The notes under the pieces are model-generated. The model did not search any database and had not been told where the DNA came from. It was given only the letters and a program-made list of their open reading frames with translations. 64,000 nucleotides of DNA, from NCBI GenBank assembly GCA_903831265.1, contig CAIKXD010000174.1, forward strand, positions 44,064-108,063, written 5' to 3'. Position numbers and translations under genes: made by a program. This document shows, piece by piece, positions 10,532 to 22,700 of the stretch. Source of the stretch: an uncultured Bacteroidota bacterium. Lineage in GTDB: Bacteria > Bacteroidota > Bacteroidia > UBA4408. The stretch's first letter is position 1. Every line of letters starts with the position of its first letter.

Positions 10532-11689
10532 ATGAAAAACAGTTTTATTTTTATATTGTATTTAGCAATGAGCTTTTCAAAAGGCTATGCGCAGCAAGTA
10601 GGACATGCAACCATCACATTAGTTGACCCCGCAAGAAACAACAGGCAAATAGCTACAGAAGTTTATTATCCAGCAACAACTGCTGGTAACAATACGCCTA
10701 TTGCACCTGGTGCTTTTCCTTTAATTACTTTTGGACATGGTTTTGTGATGACATGGAGCGCCTATCAAAACTTTTGGGATATGTTGGTTTTGGAAGGCTA
10801 TATTGTTGCCTTTCCAACCACCGAGAGTGGAATATCTCCCAATCACACCGAGTTTGGGAAAGATTTAAAATTTTTAATTTCTACTATGCAATCCAATGGA
10901 GCAGGAGCAGCGTTTACAGCAACCAGTGTGGGTAACACATCCGCCATTATGGGGCACTCCATGGGTGGTGGCAGTTCATTTTTAGCTGCACAAAACAATG
11001 CGCAAATTACCACCTTGGTTAACTTTGCTGCTGCAAATACCAACCCTTCATCAATAACAGCTGCGCTGCAAGTTTCGGTGCCTACCTTATTATTTAGTGG
11101 TGTTAATGATTGTGTTACACCTCCGGCACAGCATCAGGATTTGATGTACGATTCAACCAATGCAGCTTATAAAACTCAAATTAATATTACTGGCGGAGGA
11201 CACTGTTATTTCGCAAACTCAAATTTTAGCTGCACTTTTGGAGAAAGCACATGCTCTCCAAGCCCTAGCATTTTAAGAGAAGAACAGCAAGATGTAACCA
11301 ACGATCTTTTAAAACTATGGTTAGGCTATTTTCTAAAAAATGATTGCCAAGATGCTCAGGCATTTCAAGATTCGCTTGCTTCGAGTACAAGAGTTACATT
11401 TCGTCAAAATCAATCTATAGCATGCGTTACGGGTCTTCAGGCATCTGTAAATGCAGATGCTTGTAGTGTTTTTCCTAATCCTTTTTCTAACCAAGCAACC
11501 GTGGTGTTAAAAAATGAACCGATAATGAAAATTGAAGTTTACAATGGAATGATGCAACATGCAGGAGCATATTTATTTTCAAACGCTAGAAACAAGGAAA
11601 CAGTTGATTTTACGTACTTCGATAGCGGTATTTATTTTATAAAAGTAAATAATACCTACTGGGAAAAAATTGTGAAAGTGGGTTTTTAA
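10532..11689 (+). CDS. Secreted alpha/beta-hydrolase of the cutinase/PETase-like (dienelactone-hydrolase fold) polyesterase type, with a C-terminal T9SS (Por) sorting domain.
   Basis: Signal peptide MKNSFIFILYLAMSFS. Nucleophile elbow GHSMGGG as in TfCut2, LCC and IsPETase. NDCVTP...IYDS Asp region and GGGHCYFANS His region match the PETase catalytic triad context. C-terminal VFPNPF...IEVYNGMMQ Por tail. Confidence 0.6.
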   Translation: MKNSFIFILYLAMSFSKGYAQQVGHATITLVDPARNNRQIATEVYYPATTAGNNTPIAPGAFPLITFGHGFVMTWSAYQNFWDMLVLEGYIVAFPTTESGISPNHTEFGKDLKFLISTMQSNGAGAAFTATSVGNTSAIMGHSMGGGSSFLAAQNNAQITTLVNFAAANTNPSSITAALQVSVPTLLFSGVNDCVTPPAQHQDLMYDSTNAAYKTQINITGGGHCYFANSNFSCTFGESTCSPSPSILREEQQDVTNDLLKLWLGYFLKNDCQDAQAFQDSLASSTRVTFRQNQSIACVTGLQASVNADACSVFPNPFSNQATVVLKNEPIMKIEVYNGMMQHAGAYLFSNARNKETVDFTYFDSGIYFIKVNNTYWEKIVKVGF

Positions 11690-11728
11690 TACTTTGCTTT
11701 TTATTGAAGAAGTGTTAATCGTGTTTAT

Positions 11729-12085
11729 TTAAGAATGATAAACCCTCGAAGCTACAATTTTTCCATGTGTAATTTCCAGCACTTCGCCTACCCTTAAATC
11801 CGCTTCTCCTGGCGTTTTTCTGATGTATTCCATAAAAACCTGCTCTTCATCGGAGGTCAATTTTATTACTTCATAATGTAAATTGGGCAAGCGTTTAAAA
11901 GCATCGGTCCACCAGTTGCGTAAAGCACTTTTTCCTTTGATTAAGCCATTGGTTTCGGGTTGATGAATTTTTAATTTGGGGCTGTAATGCTCTGCTTCGT
12001 TGTGATATAAATCGAGTAACATTTCAATATCATGTTTGTTAAAAGCTTCGAACCAAAGTAAGGCTATGGATTTTAGAGTGCTCAT
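11729..12085 (-). CDS. SnoaL-like/NTF2-like small protein (ketosteroid-isomerase-like).
   Basis: 118 aa. N-terminal WFEAFNKHD..LL.LY motif typical of the SnoaL_2/NTF2 fold. Confidence 0.55.
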   Translation of the reverse strand: MSTLKSIALLWFEAFNKHDIEMLLDLYHNEAEHYSPKLKIHQPETNGLIKGKSALRNWWTDAFKRLPNLHYEVIKLTSDEEQVFMEYIRKTPGEADLRVGEVLEITHGKIVASRVYHS

Positions 12086-12315
12086 GATTGTTTATTTTTG
12101 ATACAAATGTATATTTTTTGATAAACGAATTGTTTTTAAGCGCTACAATTTGGATTGCAGCCTCTCTTTCTTTGCAAAAGCAGTCCATGTAACGCAAGGA
12201 AATACGCTCTATAGCATCATCGGGCCGAAGTTGAGGCGCTTTACAATGCTCAATTTGCATTGAAATGGTGAAATAAAAAAACTAGAAAGTAGATCTGCCC
12301 TAAAAATGCTTTTAC

Positions 12316-13518
12316 TTATAGTTTCTGCCCATCGGCACTTCTTAGTTTTTGCGCTACATAAAGGCTTAAAAGGCTTGCTGCAATGGCAAAAAAGCCTATC
12401 CAATTATAATGTGATAGGCTTCCATCTGCGTTTTTTAAGATAACCATGCCTGCCAAAAATGATGCGGTGCCACTAGATAATTGTTGTATACTGCTGTTGA
12501 TACTCATAAAACTTCCTCGGTTTTTTGGATGTACTGTTGAAGTAACCATGGTAGTGGCTGGAACAATACGCCCGCCCACTAAAATCATGAAAAAAGTAGT
12601 GATAATGAGCGCAGAGTAAACTGAAATATGACCAAGATTTGTGATGACCAAAATGGGGATAACAGAAAGAAAAATTGTATATCCAAATATTTTTAAACGA
12701 CCATGTTTATCTGCTAGCTTGCCAATGAGCGGTAAAGTAAATATGGTGCCAATTCCTCCACATAGGTATATAAAAGGCAATTCACTTTCTTGAAAACCTA
12801 CATTGTAAACCATATAAGGACTTAAAAAAGGGATAACGCTAAATTGTCCAAAAATGAGCAAACTCATCATTAAAAGCGCTCTTAATGCGTTTTTGTCGCG
12901 GGTTACATTGGTAATTACATCTAAAGGTTTTGGGCGATTGGCTTTTGATTGCAAATGTTCGGTTAACGATGGAATAATTTTAAAGATTGAAGCAGTAATG
13001 ATTGTGGTAAAACCCGCTAAAAATAAAAAAGGTGCATTCCATGTAAAGAGATTGGCGAGCCAAAGTCCAATTGGCACGCCCAAAACAGAAGCGGCCGAAA
13101 AAGCAGTCATCACAATACCCATGGCAGATGCGCGTCTTTCTAAAGGAATAATATCACTGATGATAGCTAATACTAATGCTCCTAAAATGCCACCAAAGGC
13201 GCCAGCTAATATCCGTGCTGCTAATAAAAAATGGTAGGTGGGCGCTAACCCACAAGCTAAGGTGCCAAGCGTAAAACCAATATATGCAATAACAAAAGCT
13301 GTTTTTCTATCAAAGCGGTCGATAACAAAGGCGCCTAAAAAACCAAATATACCTGCACTAAATGTGTAGCTTGCCACAATTAAGCTAAACTGCTGTGGGC
13401 TAATTTTAAAAATACGCATTAATTGAGGCCCAAGAGGCATCATAATCATAAAATCTACGATGTGGGTAAACTGCGCAGCAGCAAGAACAAATAGAATTAA
13501 TTTTTCTTTTTTTGTCAT
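12316..13518 (-). CDS. MFS transporter.
   Basis: 400 aa. About 12 hydrophobic helices. D-R-x-G-R-K-like motif (VIDRFDRKT) between TM2 and TM3. Confidence 0.8.
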   Translation of the reverse strand: MTKKEKLILFVLAAAQFTHIVDFMIMMPLGPQLMRIFKISPQQFSLIVASYTFSAGIFGFLGAFVIDRFDRKTAFVIAYIGFTLGTLACGLAPTYHFLLAARILAGAFGGILGALVLAIISDIIPLERRASAMGIVMTAFSAASVLGVPIGLWLANLFTWNAPFLFLAGFTTIITASIFKIIPSLTEHLQSKANRPKPLDVITNVTRDKNALRALLMMSLLIFGQFSVIPFLSPYMVYNVGFQESELPFIYLCGGIGTIFTLPLIGKLADKHGRLKIFGYTIFLSVIPILVITNLGHISVYSALIITTFFMILVGGRIVPATTMVTSTVHPKNRGSFMSINSSIQQLSSGTASFLAGMVILKNADGSLSHYNWIGFFAIAASLLSLYVAQKLRSADGQKL

Positions 13519-13665
13519 AAAATAAGGCTAGAATTGGGCGCCAATGCACAAAACGGAATGCAAAGGAAGTTAAAAATTAGGGTAATAAAAGAATTAAAAA
13601 ACATAAAAACGCATAAAAATTTTGTAGAAATAAAAATTTATGTACTTTTGCCCTCCCTAAATCAA

Positions 13666-13738
<73 letters not shown>

Positions 13739-13745
13739 CATAAGT

Positions 13746-13776
13746 AAATCCCTCTTCATCTACAAAGAGGGATTTA
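13746..13776 (+). terminator. Stem-loop downstream of tRNA-Gly, a possible terminator or processing hairpin.
   Basis: Perfect 10-bp stem AAATCCCTCT/AGAGGGATTT. The 3' U-tract is weak. Confidence 0.35.
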
Positions 13777-13821
13777 AATTAAAACCCACATTGATTGGTG
13801 TTAGCACTAATTAAGCCCTTT

Positions 13822-13906
13822 GCCCGGGTGGTGGAACTGGTAGACACGCAGGACTTAAAATCCTGTAATCATTGCGATTGTACGAGTTCGATTCTCGTCC
13901 CGGGTA
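13822..13906 (+). tRNA. tRNA-Leu (TAA).
   Basis: Type II tRNA. Acceptor GCCCGGG with G-U closing pair. Anticodon loop CTTAAAA. Long variable arm. TPsiC GTTCGATTC. Confidence 0.85.
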
Positions 13907-13920
13907 CATAATAAACAACC

Positions 13921-13954
13921 AAAGCTCTTTTTAACAAAGGGCTTTTTTGTTTTG
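13921..13954 (+). terminator. Rho-independent terminator after the tRNA pair.
   Basis: AAAGCTCTTT-ttaac-AAAGGGCTTT hairpin followed by TTTTGTTTTG. Confidence 0.5.
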
Positions 13955-13972
13955 CGACACTCCCGAAACAGC

Positions 13973-14013
13973 AAAAAAAAAAGCGGAGTGCTATTAATAA
14001 CACCCCGCTTTTT
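13973..14013 (-). terminator. Rho-independent terminator for the minus-strand gene 14033..14953.
   Basis: GCGGAGTG/CACCCCGC hairpin with a poly-U tract on the minus strand (plus-strand A10). Confidence 0.5.
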
Positions 14014-14032
14014 AAAAGCATTTAATTTATCA

Positions 14033-14953
14033 CTAATGCTTCACAGTAATTTTTCCGGAAGATAACACAGCGGCATTTTTATCTCTTACAGTATAAAAAT
14101 ATAAGCCATTGGCTAAGTGACCCACACCAAAAGTTTCAATTTTTGAGTTTACTCCAAAACTTTCAACAAGCTTTCCGTTTACATCTAAAATTTCAATTTC
14201 TTTTGCTTTTGAGATGCTTCCAAAATCAATGGTAACAAACTCATTGGCTGGATTTGGTGTAATTTTGATACTTTCATTTTTTATGGCCTCTACAATACCT
14301 GTATTAATGGTTCCCCATTTTAAATCATCTATCCATAAGCTGCTTCCAACTTGTGCATTAACTAAATCACTGGAAGATACGGCAATAACACAGGTGTCAG
14401 GTATAACATTTGTAGGTACTGTATAATTTATAACGGCATATTTTAATGTAAACTCGTTAATTGTACCGCTCACATATGCAATTCCTAGCCCTATAGTATC
14501 TCTTTTATTTGTGCCATTATAATTAAATTTCGTCATTGCAACACTAACAAAACCAGAATCAGAGTTTACTGGAGCATATCTCACAAAAAACGCTAATGAG
14601 TCTTTTCTGTTGCTGTATGGGAATCCAAGTTTAATACTTACAGCAGGGAATGGTATGATAGAACCTGTTAACATTAACCCAGAAACATCTGGAACTAAGC
14701 CCCCTGTATTTGAGCTAAGACCGGGAATTGATTTCGTTTTAATATTGGCAGACTTTGAACCCCAATGCCATATAACAGTGTCTTCCTTTACAATTGGAGG
14801 TGTGCCCGCTAAAATATTGGCTGATGTCCAACCTTGAGGATTAGTTCCTAACCCACCAAAGGGAATTTCAAATCCGAAATCAGGCTGTCCTTGCGCAAAA
14901 GCACTCATTGTAAATAAAGTCCCAGTGAAGAGGGTAAGTAAAAGTTTTTTCAT
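14033..14953 (-). CDS. Secreted protein of unknown function with a C-terminal T9SS (type-A Por) sorting domain.
   Basis: Signal peptide MKKLLLTLFTGTLFTMSAFA. C-terminal ITPNPANEFVTIDF...ILDVNGKLV...GLYFYTV...KITVKH. Confidence 0.55.
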   Translation of the reverse strand: MKKLLLTLFTGTLFTMSAFAQGQPDFGFEIPFGGLGTNPQGWTSANILAGTPPIVKEDTVIWHWGSKSANIKTKSIPGLSSNTGGLVPDVSGLMLTGSIIPFPAVSIKLGFPYSNRKDSLAFFVRYAPVNSDSGFVSVAMTKFNYNGTNKRDTIGLGIAYVSGTINEFTLKYAVINYTVPTNVIPDTCVIAVSSSDLVNAQVGSSLWIDDLKWGTINTGIVEAIKNESIKITPNPANEFVTIDFGSISKAKEIEILDVNGKLVESFGVNSKIETFGVGHLANGLYFYTVRDKNAAVLSSGKITVKH

Positions 14954-15014
14954 AAGTGGTTGTTTTTAAGGGGTGTGATTAATTACGTTTATTATTGGTG
15001 TGATGTTAGTATGA

Positions 15015-15728
15015 TTAATTTAATTGTTTGAGATACATTTGAATGGTGTTCTCAATACCATAATACAAAGCATCACTTATTAAGGCATGCCCTATTGATA
15101 CTTCGTCTAAATGCGTAATTTGAGATTTAAAAAACTTTAAATTTTCGATATTTAAATCGTGCCCTGCATTTATTTTTAACCCTAACGAATGTGCCATTTC
15201 TGCAGCTTTTACATATGGCTCGATAGCTTTTTCTTTGTTTGCATTGTAATTTGCTGCGTATGCTTCGGTATACAATTCAACACAGTCTGTTCCAGTTTTA
15301 ATCGCAAAAACCATATTCATAGGTTCGGTATCAATAAAAATAGATGTTCTAATACCCGCATTTTTAAATGGAATAATAATATTTCTTAAAAACTCCTCGT
15401 TTTTTTGTGTATCCCAACCAGCATTTGAAGTTATTGCATCAGGCGCATCGGGAACAAGCGTTACCTGATGGGGTTTTATTTGTAATACCATGTTAACAAA
15501 GTCTTCAGAAGGGTAGCCTTCAATATTTAGCTCTGTGGAAACCTTTTCTTTAAGAGGCTTTAAGTCACTGTATTTTATATGTCGTTCGTCTGGCCTTGGA
15601 TGAACAGTAATTCCTTGCGCGCCAAATCGTTCACAATCAATAGCAAACTTTAGTAAATCAGGCATATTGCCTCCTCTTGCATTGCGCAAGGTAGCTACTT
15701 TGTTGATATTTACACTTAATTTTGTCAC
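15015..15728 (-). CDS. pdxJ: Pyridoxine 5'-phosphate synthase.
   Basis: 237 aa. N-terminal [17 protein letters not shown] and the conserved PdxJ TIM-barrel length. Confidence 0.9.
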   Translation of the reverse strand: MTKLSVNINKVATLRNARGGNMPDLLKFAIDCERFGAQGITVHPRPDERHIKYSDLKPLKEKVSTELNIEGYPSEDFVNMVLQIKPHQVTLVPDAPDAITSNAGWDTQKNEEFLRNIIIPFKNAGIRTSIFIDTEPMNMVFAIKTGTDCVELYTEAYAANYNANKEKAIEPYVKAAEMAHSLGLKINAGHDLNIENLKFFKSQITHLDEVSIGHALISDALYYGIENTIQMYLKQLN

Positions 15729-15730
15729 GT

Positions 15731-16564
15731 TTAGTTAAACAAAACACTTCCTCCGATAGAAGATTTTATAGGGTTTAAAATCATGGTAGGAATTTGAGCA
15801 TCATTTGTAATAATTTGACGTTCATCTGTACCTGCTAATATCTCAGGGAAACCCATTTCCTGACTATTTACGATTGCAATTAAATCGGCATCTTTGGCTG
15901 CCGCATAGGTTAAAAATTGTTTCACAAAATTACCTTTTTCATCGGCCATTTTAACATCAAACTCTATCTTATTATTTCTTAATTCGCTCTTAGCTAATGA
16001 TACATTATTATTGATTGCATTCACTAAAAAGGTATCCGACTCTTGAGGGTAGATGATATGCACTTTGCTGTTAAATACCTTTGCAATATTAATGGCAAGG
16101 CTTAATTTTTGTTTACTATCTTTAGATAAATCAAATGGTAAAACTAAATTATTATAACCGTCTCTAAAACCTCTTTCTTGCACAACTATAAATGGCACTG
16201 TACTGTGTGTAATTACCTTTACAGCATAACTGCCTGTAATATGTTGCATTCCTTTAACTCCGTGGGTGCCCATTATAATTAACTTAGCTTTTAAATCTGT
16301 AGCAGCCGCTCCAATATCATCAAAAATATTTCCTAACCGGGCCTCATAACTAACTTTTATACCTGTTTTTTGGGTTAGAATTTCAGATTGCTCTTTAAGC
16401 TTAACTTCAGCAGAAGCTTTTTCTTTTTCTTTACCAATAATATGTAACAACACAACCTCGGAATTAGCAATAGATTTACACAATCCAATGGCGTGCTCTA
16501 CAGCTGTATCTGCAACCTTTGTAAAATCAGTTGGAACAACTATGATAACTTTTTCTATGCTCAT
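15731..16564 (-). CDS. Universal stress protein (tandem UspA domains).
   Basis: 277 aa with two USP-like halves. G-x2-G-x9-G(S/T) ATP-binding-like motifs ([16 protein letters not shown]). Confidence 0.75.
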   Translation of the reverse strand: MSIEKVIIVVPTDFTKVADTAVEHAIGLCKSIANSEVVLLHIIGKEKEKASAEVKLKEQSEILTQKTGIKVSYEARLGNIFDDIGAAATDLKAKLIIMGTHGVKGMQHITGSYAVKVITHSTVPFIVVQERGFRDGYNNLVLPFDLSKDSKQKLSLAINIAKVFNSKVHIIYPQESDTFLVNAINNNVSLAKSELRNNKIEFDVKMADEKGNFVKQFLTYAAAKDADLIAIVNSQEMGFPEILAGTDERQIITNDAQIPTMILNPIKSSIGGSVLFN

Positions 16565-16737
16565 AAGCTCAATAAATAAGGGTTATTTTTTAGAGTGCGA
16601 ATGTAGTAAAAATCACAATAAAATTAAAATAGATAATAAAAGTTTAATTGGTCGAAATTATTGGAGGTTTTCAACCTTTATAAAACACAATTCTGTCGAA
16701 TTATAAACAAAATATTACCGGATGTCAAAATTTAGAA

Positions 16738-16745
16738 TAAATTTG
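16738..16745 (+). promoter_or_regulatory. Candidate Bacteroidota sigma-A -7 element (TAnnTTTG) upstream of the giant adhesin gene.
   Basis: TAAATTTG lies 30 nt upstream of the ATG at 16775. No convincing -33 TTG, so this is weak. Confidence 0.3.
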
Positions 16746-16774
16746 CGCCAATTAATACTTCTTATACAAGTAAA

Positions 16775-19700
16775 ATGATGTTAAAAGATTTACACTGCAA
16801 AAGAGATTCAGGCAAAAGCAAATTTGGTTCTTTCCGAAATTTGTTCTCTATTTCTGTTATTACATTGATAGGGCTTATAGCGCCTGTAAAAGCTACCAAC
16901 TTTACTGTTTCCAACACGAACGATAATGGACCCGGTTCTTTCCGAGCCGCGTTAGTATCCGCCAATTTTGATGCAACCGCAACAGCAGGTTCGCCTCATG
17001 TTATTGATATGACAGGAGTGTCAGGCACTATTGTTTTAGATTCGGCTTTAGCTGATATTAGAAACCATGTAAGCATAAATGGTCCCGTTAATAATAGTTT
17101 GTCTGTTGAAAGAAATATAGCCGTTGCTTCATTCTCTGTATTATCTATTAAACCTGTTGGCTTTGCTGCCATAACGGTTCAGTTGAATAACTTAATACTT
17201 ACCAAAGGTTCAAGCTTAACAGGTGGTGGTTTATATGTTGAAAACACAAACCTTACAATTAACAATTGCCAAATTACCAAAAATTTTGTAAATAATGGTT
17301 TAGGCGGTGGTCTTTGCACCAATAACGCTAATGTAACCATCAACAATACAACAATTGATTACAACCTTAACTTAGCTGGATTGGGTGGCGGTATTTACAT
17401 GAATTTTGGCTCACTTTTAATGAACAATTGTACAGTTTTTGGCAACAGAGCTGCTATTGGGGGTGGTTTAGATAAAGCAACCATTGGAACTGTAATCATT
17501 AAAAACTGTACTTTTGCTTTTGATACAGCCGATGATGTTGCAGGTGGAATCTATATCAACCTTGGAAGTGTTGAAGCCAATAATACTATAATTACAGGAA
17601 ACACTGCTGTAAATGGAGCCAGTGCTGTTTTTGGCAACCTAGCTTCAACCAATGGGCACAATTTAGTGGACAATCCTTTAGGAATGAATTTTACAGGCAA
17701 TACTACTGGTAACTTAATAGGATTAGCGACAAACTTTGTACTAAGTAATGAATTGAAAAACAATGGTGGAGTTACCCCAACGGTTTTGCCTCTTGCATGC
17801 AGTGCAGCTATAGATGCAGGAACAAGTGTTGGAGCAACAATTACAGATCAAAGAGGGTTTGTTAGAGCAAACTTCGGAACTGCCTATGATATTGGCGCTA
17901 TAGAATACAGTGGGCCTATTGTGGAAGATTTAAATGTGTGCGGCACACAAACCATTAATATAGTTGCATCTGGCTCAACCAACTACCGATGGTATGATGC
18001 CGAAACAGGTGGAAATATTATATTAGAAGGATCAAATGTTTTAACTGTTACGGTAAGTAGCGATACAACTTTTTGGGTTGTTGATTATACTCCTGATTGC
18101 GAAAGTACCATTCGTGTTGCAGTAAATGTTAGTCAGTTTTCGCTTGCTGTGCCTCCAGTTATCTCTGCAAATGGTAATACTAGCTTTTGTCAAGGAGGTT
18201 CAGTTTCTTTAAATTCAACTACATCGCCCGATTATGTTTCATATGCTTGGGTGCCTAATGGTGAAACTACTACTTCAATTACAGCCGAAAACTCAGCAAG
18301 TTACAGTGTAATAATTACTGATATTAATGGTTGTACAGCTCAATCTAATTTAATTAATGTTTCTGCAAATCCTTTGCCAATACCAGTGATATCACCCAAT
18401 GGCTCAACGATTATTTGCCAAGGTTCAGGTGTTGTTTTAACATCAAACTTTACCACTGGCAACGTATGGAGCACAGGCGAAACAACACAAAGTATAACTG
18501 TTAGTGCTGCATCAACCATTACATTAACTGTTACAGATGCCAATGGATGTATTGCAACATCAGCACCGGTTGAGATTTCAATTGTCCCTAATGCACCTCC
18601 CGCTCCAATTATTACTGCATCTGGTAATCTTGATATTTGTGTTGGTTCAACAGTAACCCTTACCTCTAGTTATGTAAGTGGAAACATTTGGTCGCCTAAT
18701 GGAGAAATTACTCAAAGCATTGATGTAAATGCTCCTGGAACCTATGCAGTAACTTTTACCGATGCCAATGGATGTTCAGCTATTTCTCAGCCTGTTACGA
18801 TTACATTTTTACCACAACCTCAAACACCTACTGTTAATGCAAATGGCGCAACAACATTTTGTGAGGGAGGTTCAGTAGTTTTAGATGCACAACCTGCCAC
18901 AGGAAATATCAGCTGGACACCAGGAAATGTTTTGGGAGGTTCATTAACTGTAACAGCTAGCGGGAGTTATTTTGCAACTTTGACAGATGTTAATGGTTGT
19001 TCAGTTTCTTCTGCTCCAATTAATGTTGTGGTTGAAGAAAATCCAGTACAACCTTCAATAAATGCATTTGGACCAACAACATTTTGCCAAGGTAGCAATG
19101 TTACCCTTTTTAGCAGCAGTAATACAAATAATTTATGGAGCCAGGCCAACGAAACTTCCAACACGATTGTTGTTTCAAACGCTGGTTTATATACAGTAAC
19201 TGTTACCAATGTGGCAGGTTGCTCAGCAACTTCTGACCCTGTTGAAATAACAGTACTTACAAACCCAACAGCGCCTATTATTAGTGCAAATGGTCCAACC
19301 ACATTTTGTGTTGGGGGCACCGTTACTTTAACTTCAGACATCTCAAATAATATAGTTTGGAATACCACCGAAACAACTTCCAATATAAATGTTTCACTTC
19401 CTGGTGCTTATAGTGTAATTACCACCGATGTTAATAACTGTAGTTCTCAATCAAATGTAATTAATGTTGTTGTTAACAATCCTGGTTTGGCGTCCATTTC
19501 TGGAAATAATCAATTTTGTGTTGGTGGCTCAACAACCTTAACTGCGGTTAATGGTTCAAGTTTTGTATGGTCGCCAACAGGCGAAACAACGCAAAGTATA
19601 TCAGTTGCTTCTCCTGGAATTTACAGTGTAACTATTTCAGGTGTAAATGGGTGTACTTCAGTTTCAGCTCCATTTTTGGTAACATCTTTTGTAAGTAATC

Positions 19701-22700
19701 CAATAACGGTTACACCAACTGGAACAGTTCAAATTTGTGATAATGGTGCTGTTACTTTAACCTCATCTGCTGCTTCTGGAAATGTTTGGTCGCCAAATAA
19801 TGAAACAACAACTTCAATATCAGTTTCAACGGCTGGTGATTACTTTGTAACATCTACAGATTTAAATGGTTGTTCAACAGTTTCAAATACTGTTACAGTA
19901 GTAGTTTTACCTGCACCACAAACACCAATCATTGATCCTGCTGGACCAATAATTCAATGTGGAGGAAGCGTAGTTTTAGATGCTGGGCTAATTCAAGGTG
20001 TTACTTATTTATGGAACGACAATATTACTACCACGCAAACAAATACAGTTTCTCAGTCTGGAACCTATAGCGTTGCCGTAACTTCAACAAATGGGTGTAC
20101 CAGTGTATCTAATCCAGTAAGTGTTTCTATTGAAGCTTTACCAATTGTTAATTTGGGGAATGATGTAACACAATGTGGAGGCACTGTTACACTAAACGCG
20201 GGCAACCAAGGCGCTACTTATTTATGGAGTAATGGGGCAACAACTCAAACTGTTGTGTTAAATGCATCAGCTTCAATTAGTGTTACCGTAACTAATACTT
20301 GTGGAAGCACTACCAGCAATACAGTAAATGTAACAATTAATAACTTACCAACTGCCGCAGTTATTAGTCCAGCTGGTCCTATTGAATTATGTAATGGAAG
20401 TAGTCAATTACTTTCTTCAAATGCAAATACGGGAAATGTTTGGTCTCCTAATGGTGAAACAACCCAAGATATTACAGTTAGCACTGCTGGAAGTTATTTT
20501 ACAACAGTAACAGATGCAAATGGTTGTTCGGCTGTTTCTAATATAGTTGTAGTTTCTGTTAGCAACCCAATTGCGCAAGTTAACATTGGTAATGATGTTA
20601 CGCAATGTGGAGGTACAGTTACTTTAAATGCAGGAAATCCGGGTTCAACATATTTATGGAGCAATGGTCTTACCAATCAAACAATTTTGGTTTCTACTTC
20701 AGGTATATATTCTGTTGATGTTACAAACGCCTGCGGCACAGTAACTAGTAATAGTGTTAATATTGTTATTAATACTCTTCCTTTTGCACCTATAATTTCT
20801 CCGGGTGGTCCAGTAGTATTTTGTCAAGGAAACTCGGTGGTGCTAAGCTCATCAGAGTTAACTGGCAATGTTTGGTCAACAGGAGCAACTACACCCTCTG
20901 TAGTTATTTCAAACAGTGGTTCATATACTGTTACATTTACCGATGCTAATGGTTGTACAGCTGTTTCAGCCCCAATAGTTGTAACTGAAGATTTTCCATT
21001 AAATGCTCCTAACTTGGGAGGCCCTTTTGTACAATGTGCCGGTTCGCTTCTTTTAGATGCTGGTAATGGTATTGGAAGTACTACTTATCAATGGAGCACA
21101 GGCGCAACTACCCAAACTATTTCAGTAAGTCAATCAGGAGTTTATAATGTTGTACTAACAAATACTTGCGGAACTGTTCAAAGCACAGACGCCCAGGTAA
21201 CAATTAATCCTATTCCTGCTGCGCCGGTAATTACGCCATTAGGTCAGACTACTTTTTGTGCTGGCGGTTCATTAATTTTAAGTTCAAATATTGCCAATAA
21301 TATTACATGGAGTACAGGCGAAACAACGCAAACAATTACAGTTACTCAAGGCGGTGTTTATTCGGTTGCTTTTAATGATGGTAACAATTGTAGCAGCAGC
21401 TCTTCCATAACAGTAACTGTTCAAAATCCTCCAATTGCAACAGATTTAGGAGGTCCTTTTTCACAGTGTGGTGGCAGTGTAACATTGGATGCTGCAAACG
21501 CAGGACCTGGTAACTTGTATTTATGGAATAACAATGCTACAAGTCAAGTTTTAACTGTTCAACAAAGTGGAACTTATTTTGTAACTATTGCTAACACTTG
21601 CGGATCGGTGCAATCAAGTTCTGCAGTTGTAAATATATTAACTGTACCACCTGCGCCAGTAATAACAGCAAGCGGTTCAACAACCATCTGCTCTAATGAT
21701 TTTGTAACTTTAACAAGTGATAACCAACAAAATTATTTGTGGAGTAATAATGAAACTACACAAAGTATAACAGTAAACCAATCTGGAAATTATTCTGTAA
21801 CATTTACAGCTGCTAATGGCTGTAGTGCCACTTCGAATGTCATTCCTGTAAATGTGCAACTTCCACCTACAGCAACAGACCTAGCTGGTCCATTTACACA
21901 ATGTGGGGGTACAATTACTTTAGACGCTGGTAATGCAAATATTGGTGCAAGCTATTTGTGGAGCAATGGAGAAACTACTCAAACTATTGTGGTTTCAGCC
22001 TCAGGAAACTATTCGGTTCAAATTTCAAATGCATGCGGAACCGTTGCAAGTACTATTGCCAATGTGACCTTGTTTAATACTCCAAATGCCCCTGTTGTTT
22101 CAGCTAATGGGGTTACTAACTTCTGTCAAGGAGGATCTGTTGTTTTAACCTCTAATATAGCAAATGGAATTCAATGGTCTAATAATGAAAGTACGCAATC
22201 TATTACTGTTTCAGCTTCAGGAGATTATTCTGTATTATTTACGGATGCTAATGGATGTACCGCTACTTCAAATATTATAACAGTAGTTGTAGACGCTCCA
22301 TTGGTTGCTCCTAATCTTGGTGGTCCTTTTACACAATGTGGTGGTACTATTACTTTAGACGCTGGTAATGCCTCAACTAACAACAATTACTTGTGGAGTT
22401 CTGGCCAAGTATCGCAGAGCATTAATGTAAATACAAGTGGTAATTATTTTGTTACCATCACTAATTCTTGTGGAAGTGTTACAAGTACAACAGCCGTTGT
22501 AACCATAAACCCATTACCGCAAACGCCAATAATTTCAGCAAGTGGTCCTTTAGTATTTTGCCAAGGTGGTGATGTAACTTTAACTTCAAGCAGTGCAACT
22601 GATAACCTGTGGTCAAACGGTTTAACCACTCCATCGATAACAGTAAATGCATCAGGTATTTTTTCAGTGAGTGTTGTTGATGCCCTAGGATGCAGTTCAA

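Noticed and set aside
12854-13237. 127-aa plus-strand ORF inside the MFS transporter gene. Similar antisense ORFs occur inside purL (37669..38013), mtaB (35512..35859), recQ (47728..49302) and tsf/rpsB (56810..58074).
   Set aside because: All are antisense to strongly supported genes and have low-complexity or atypical composition.
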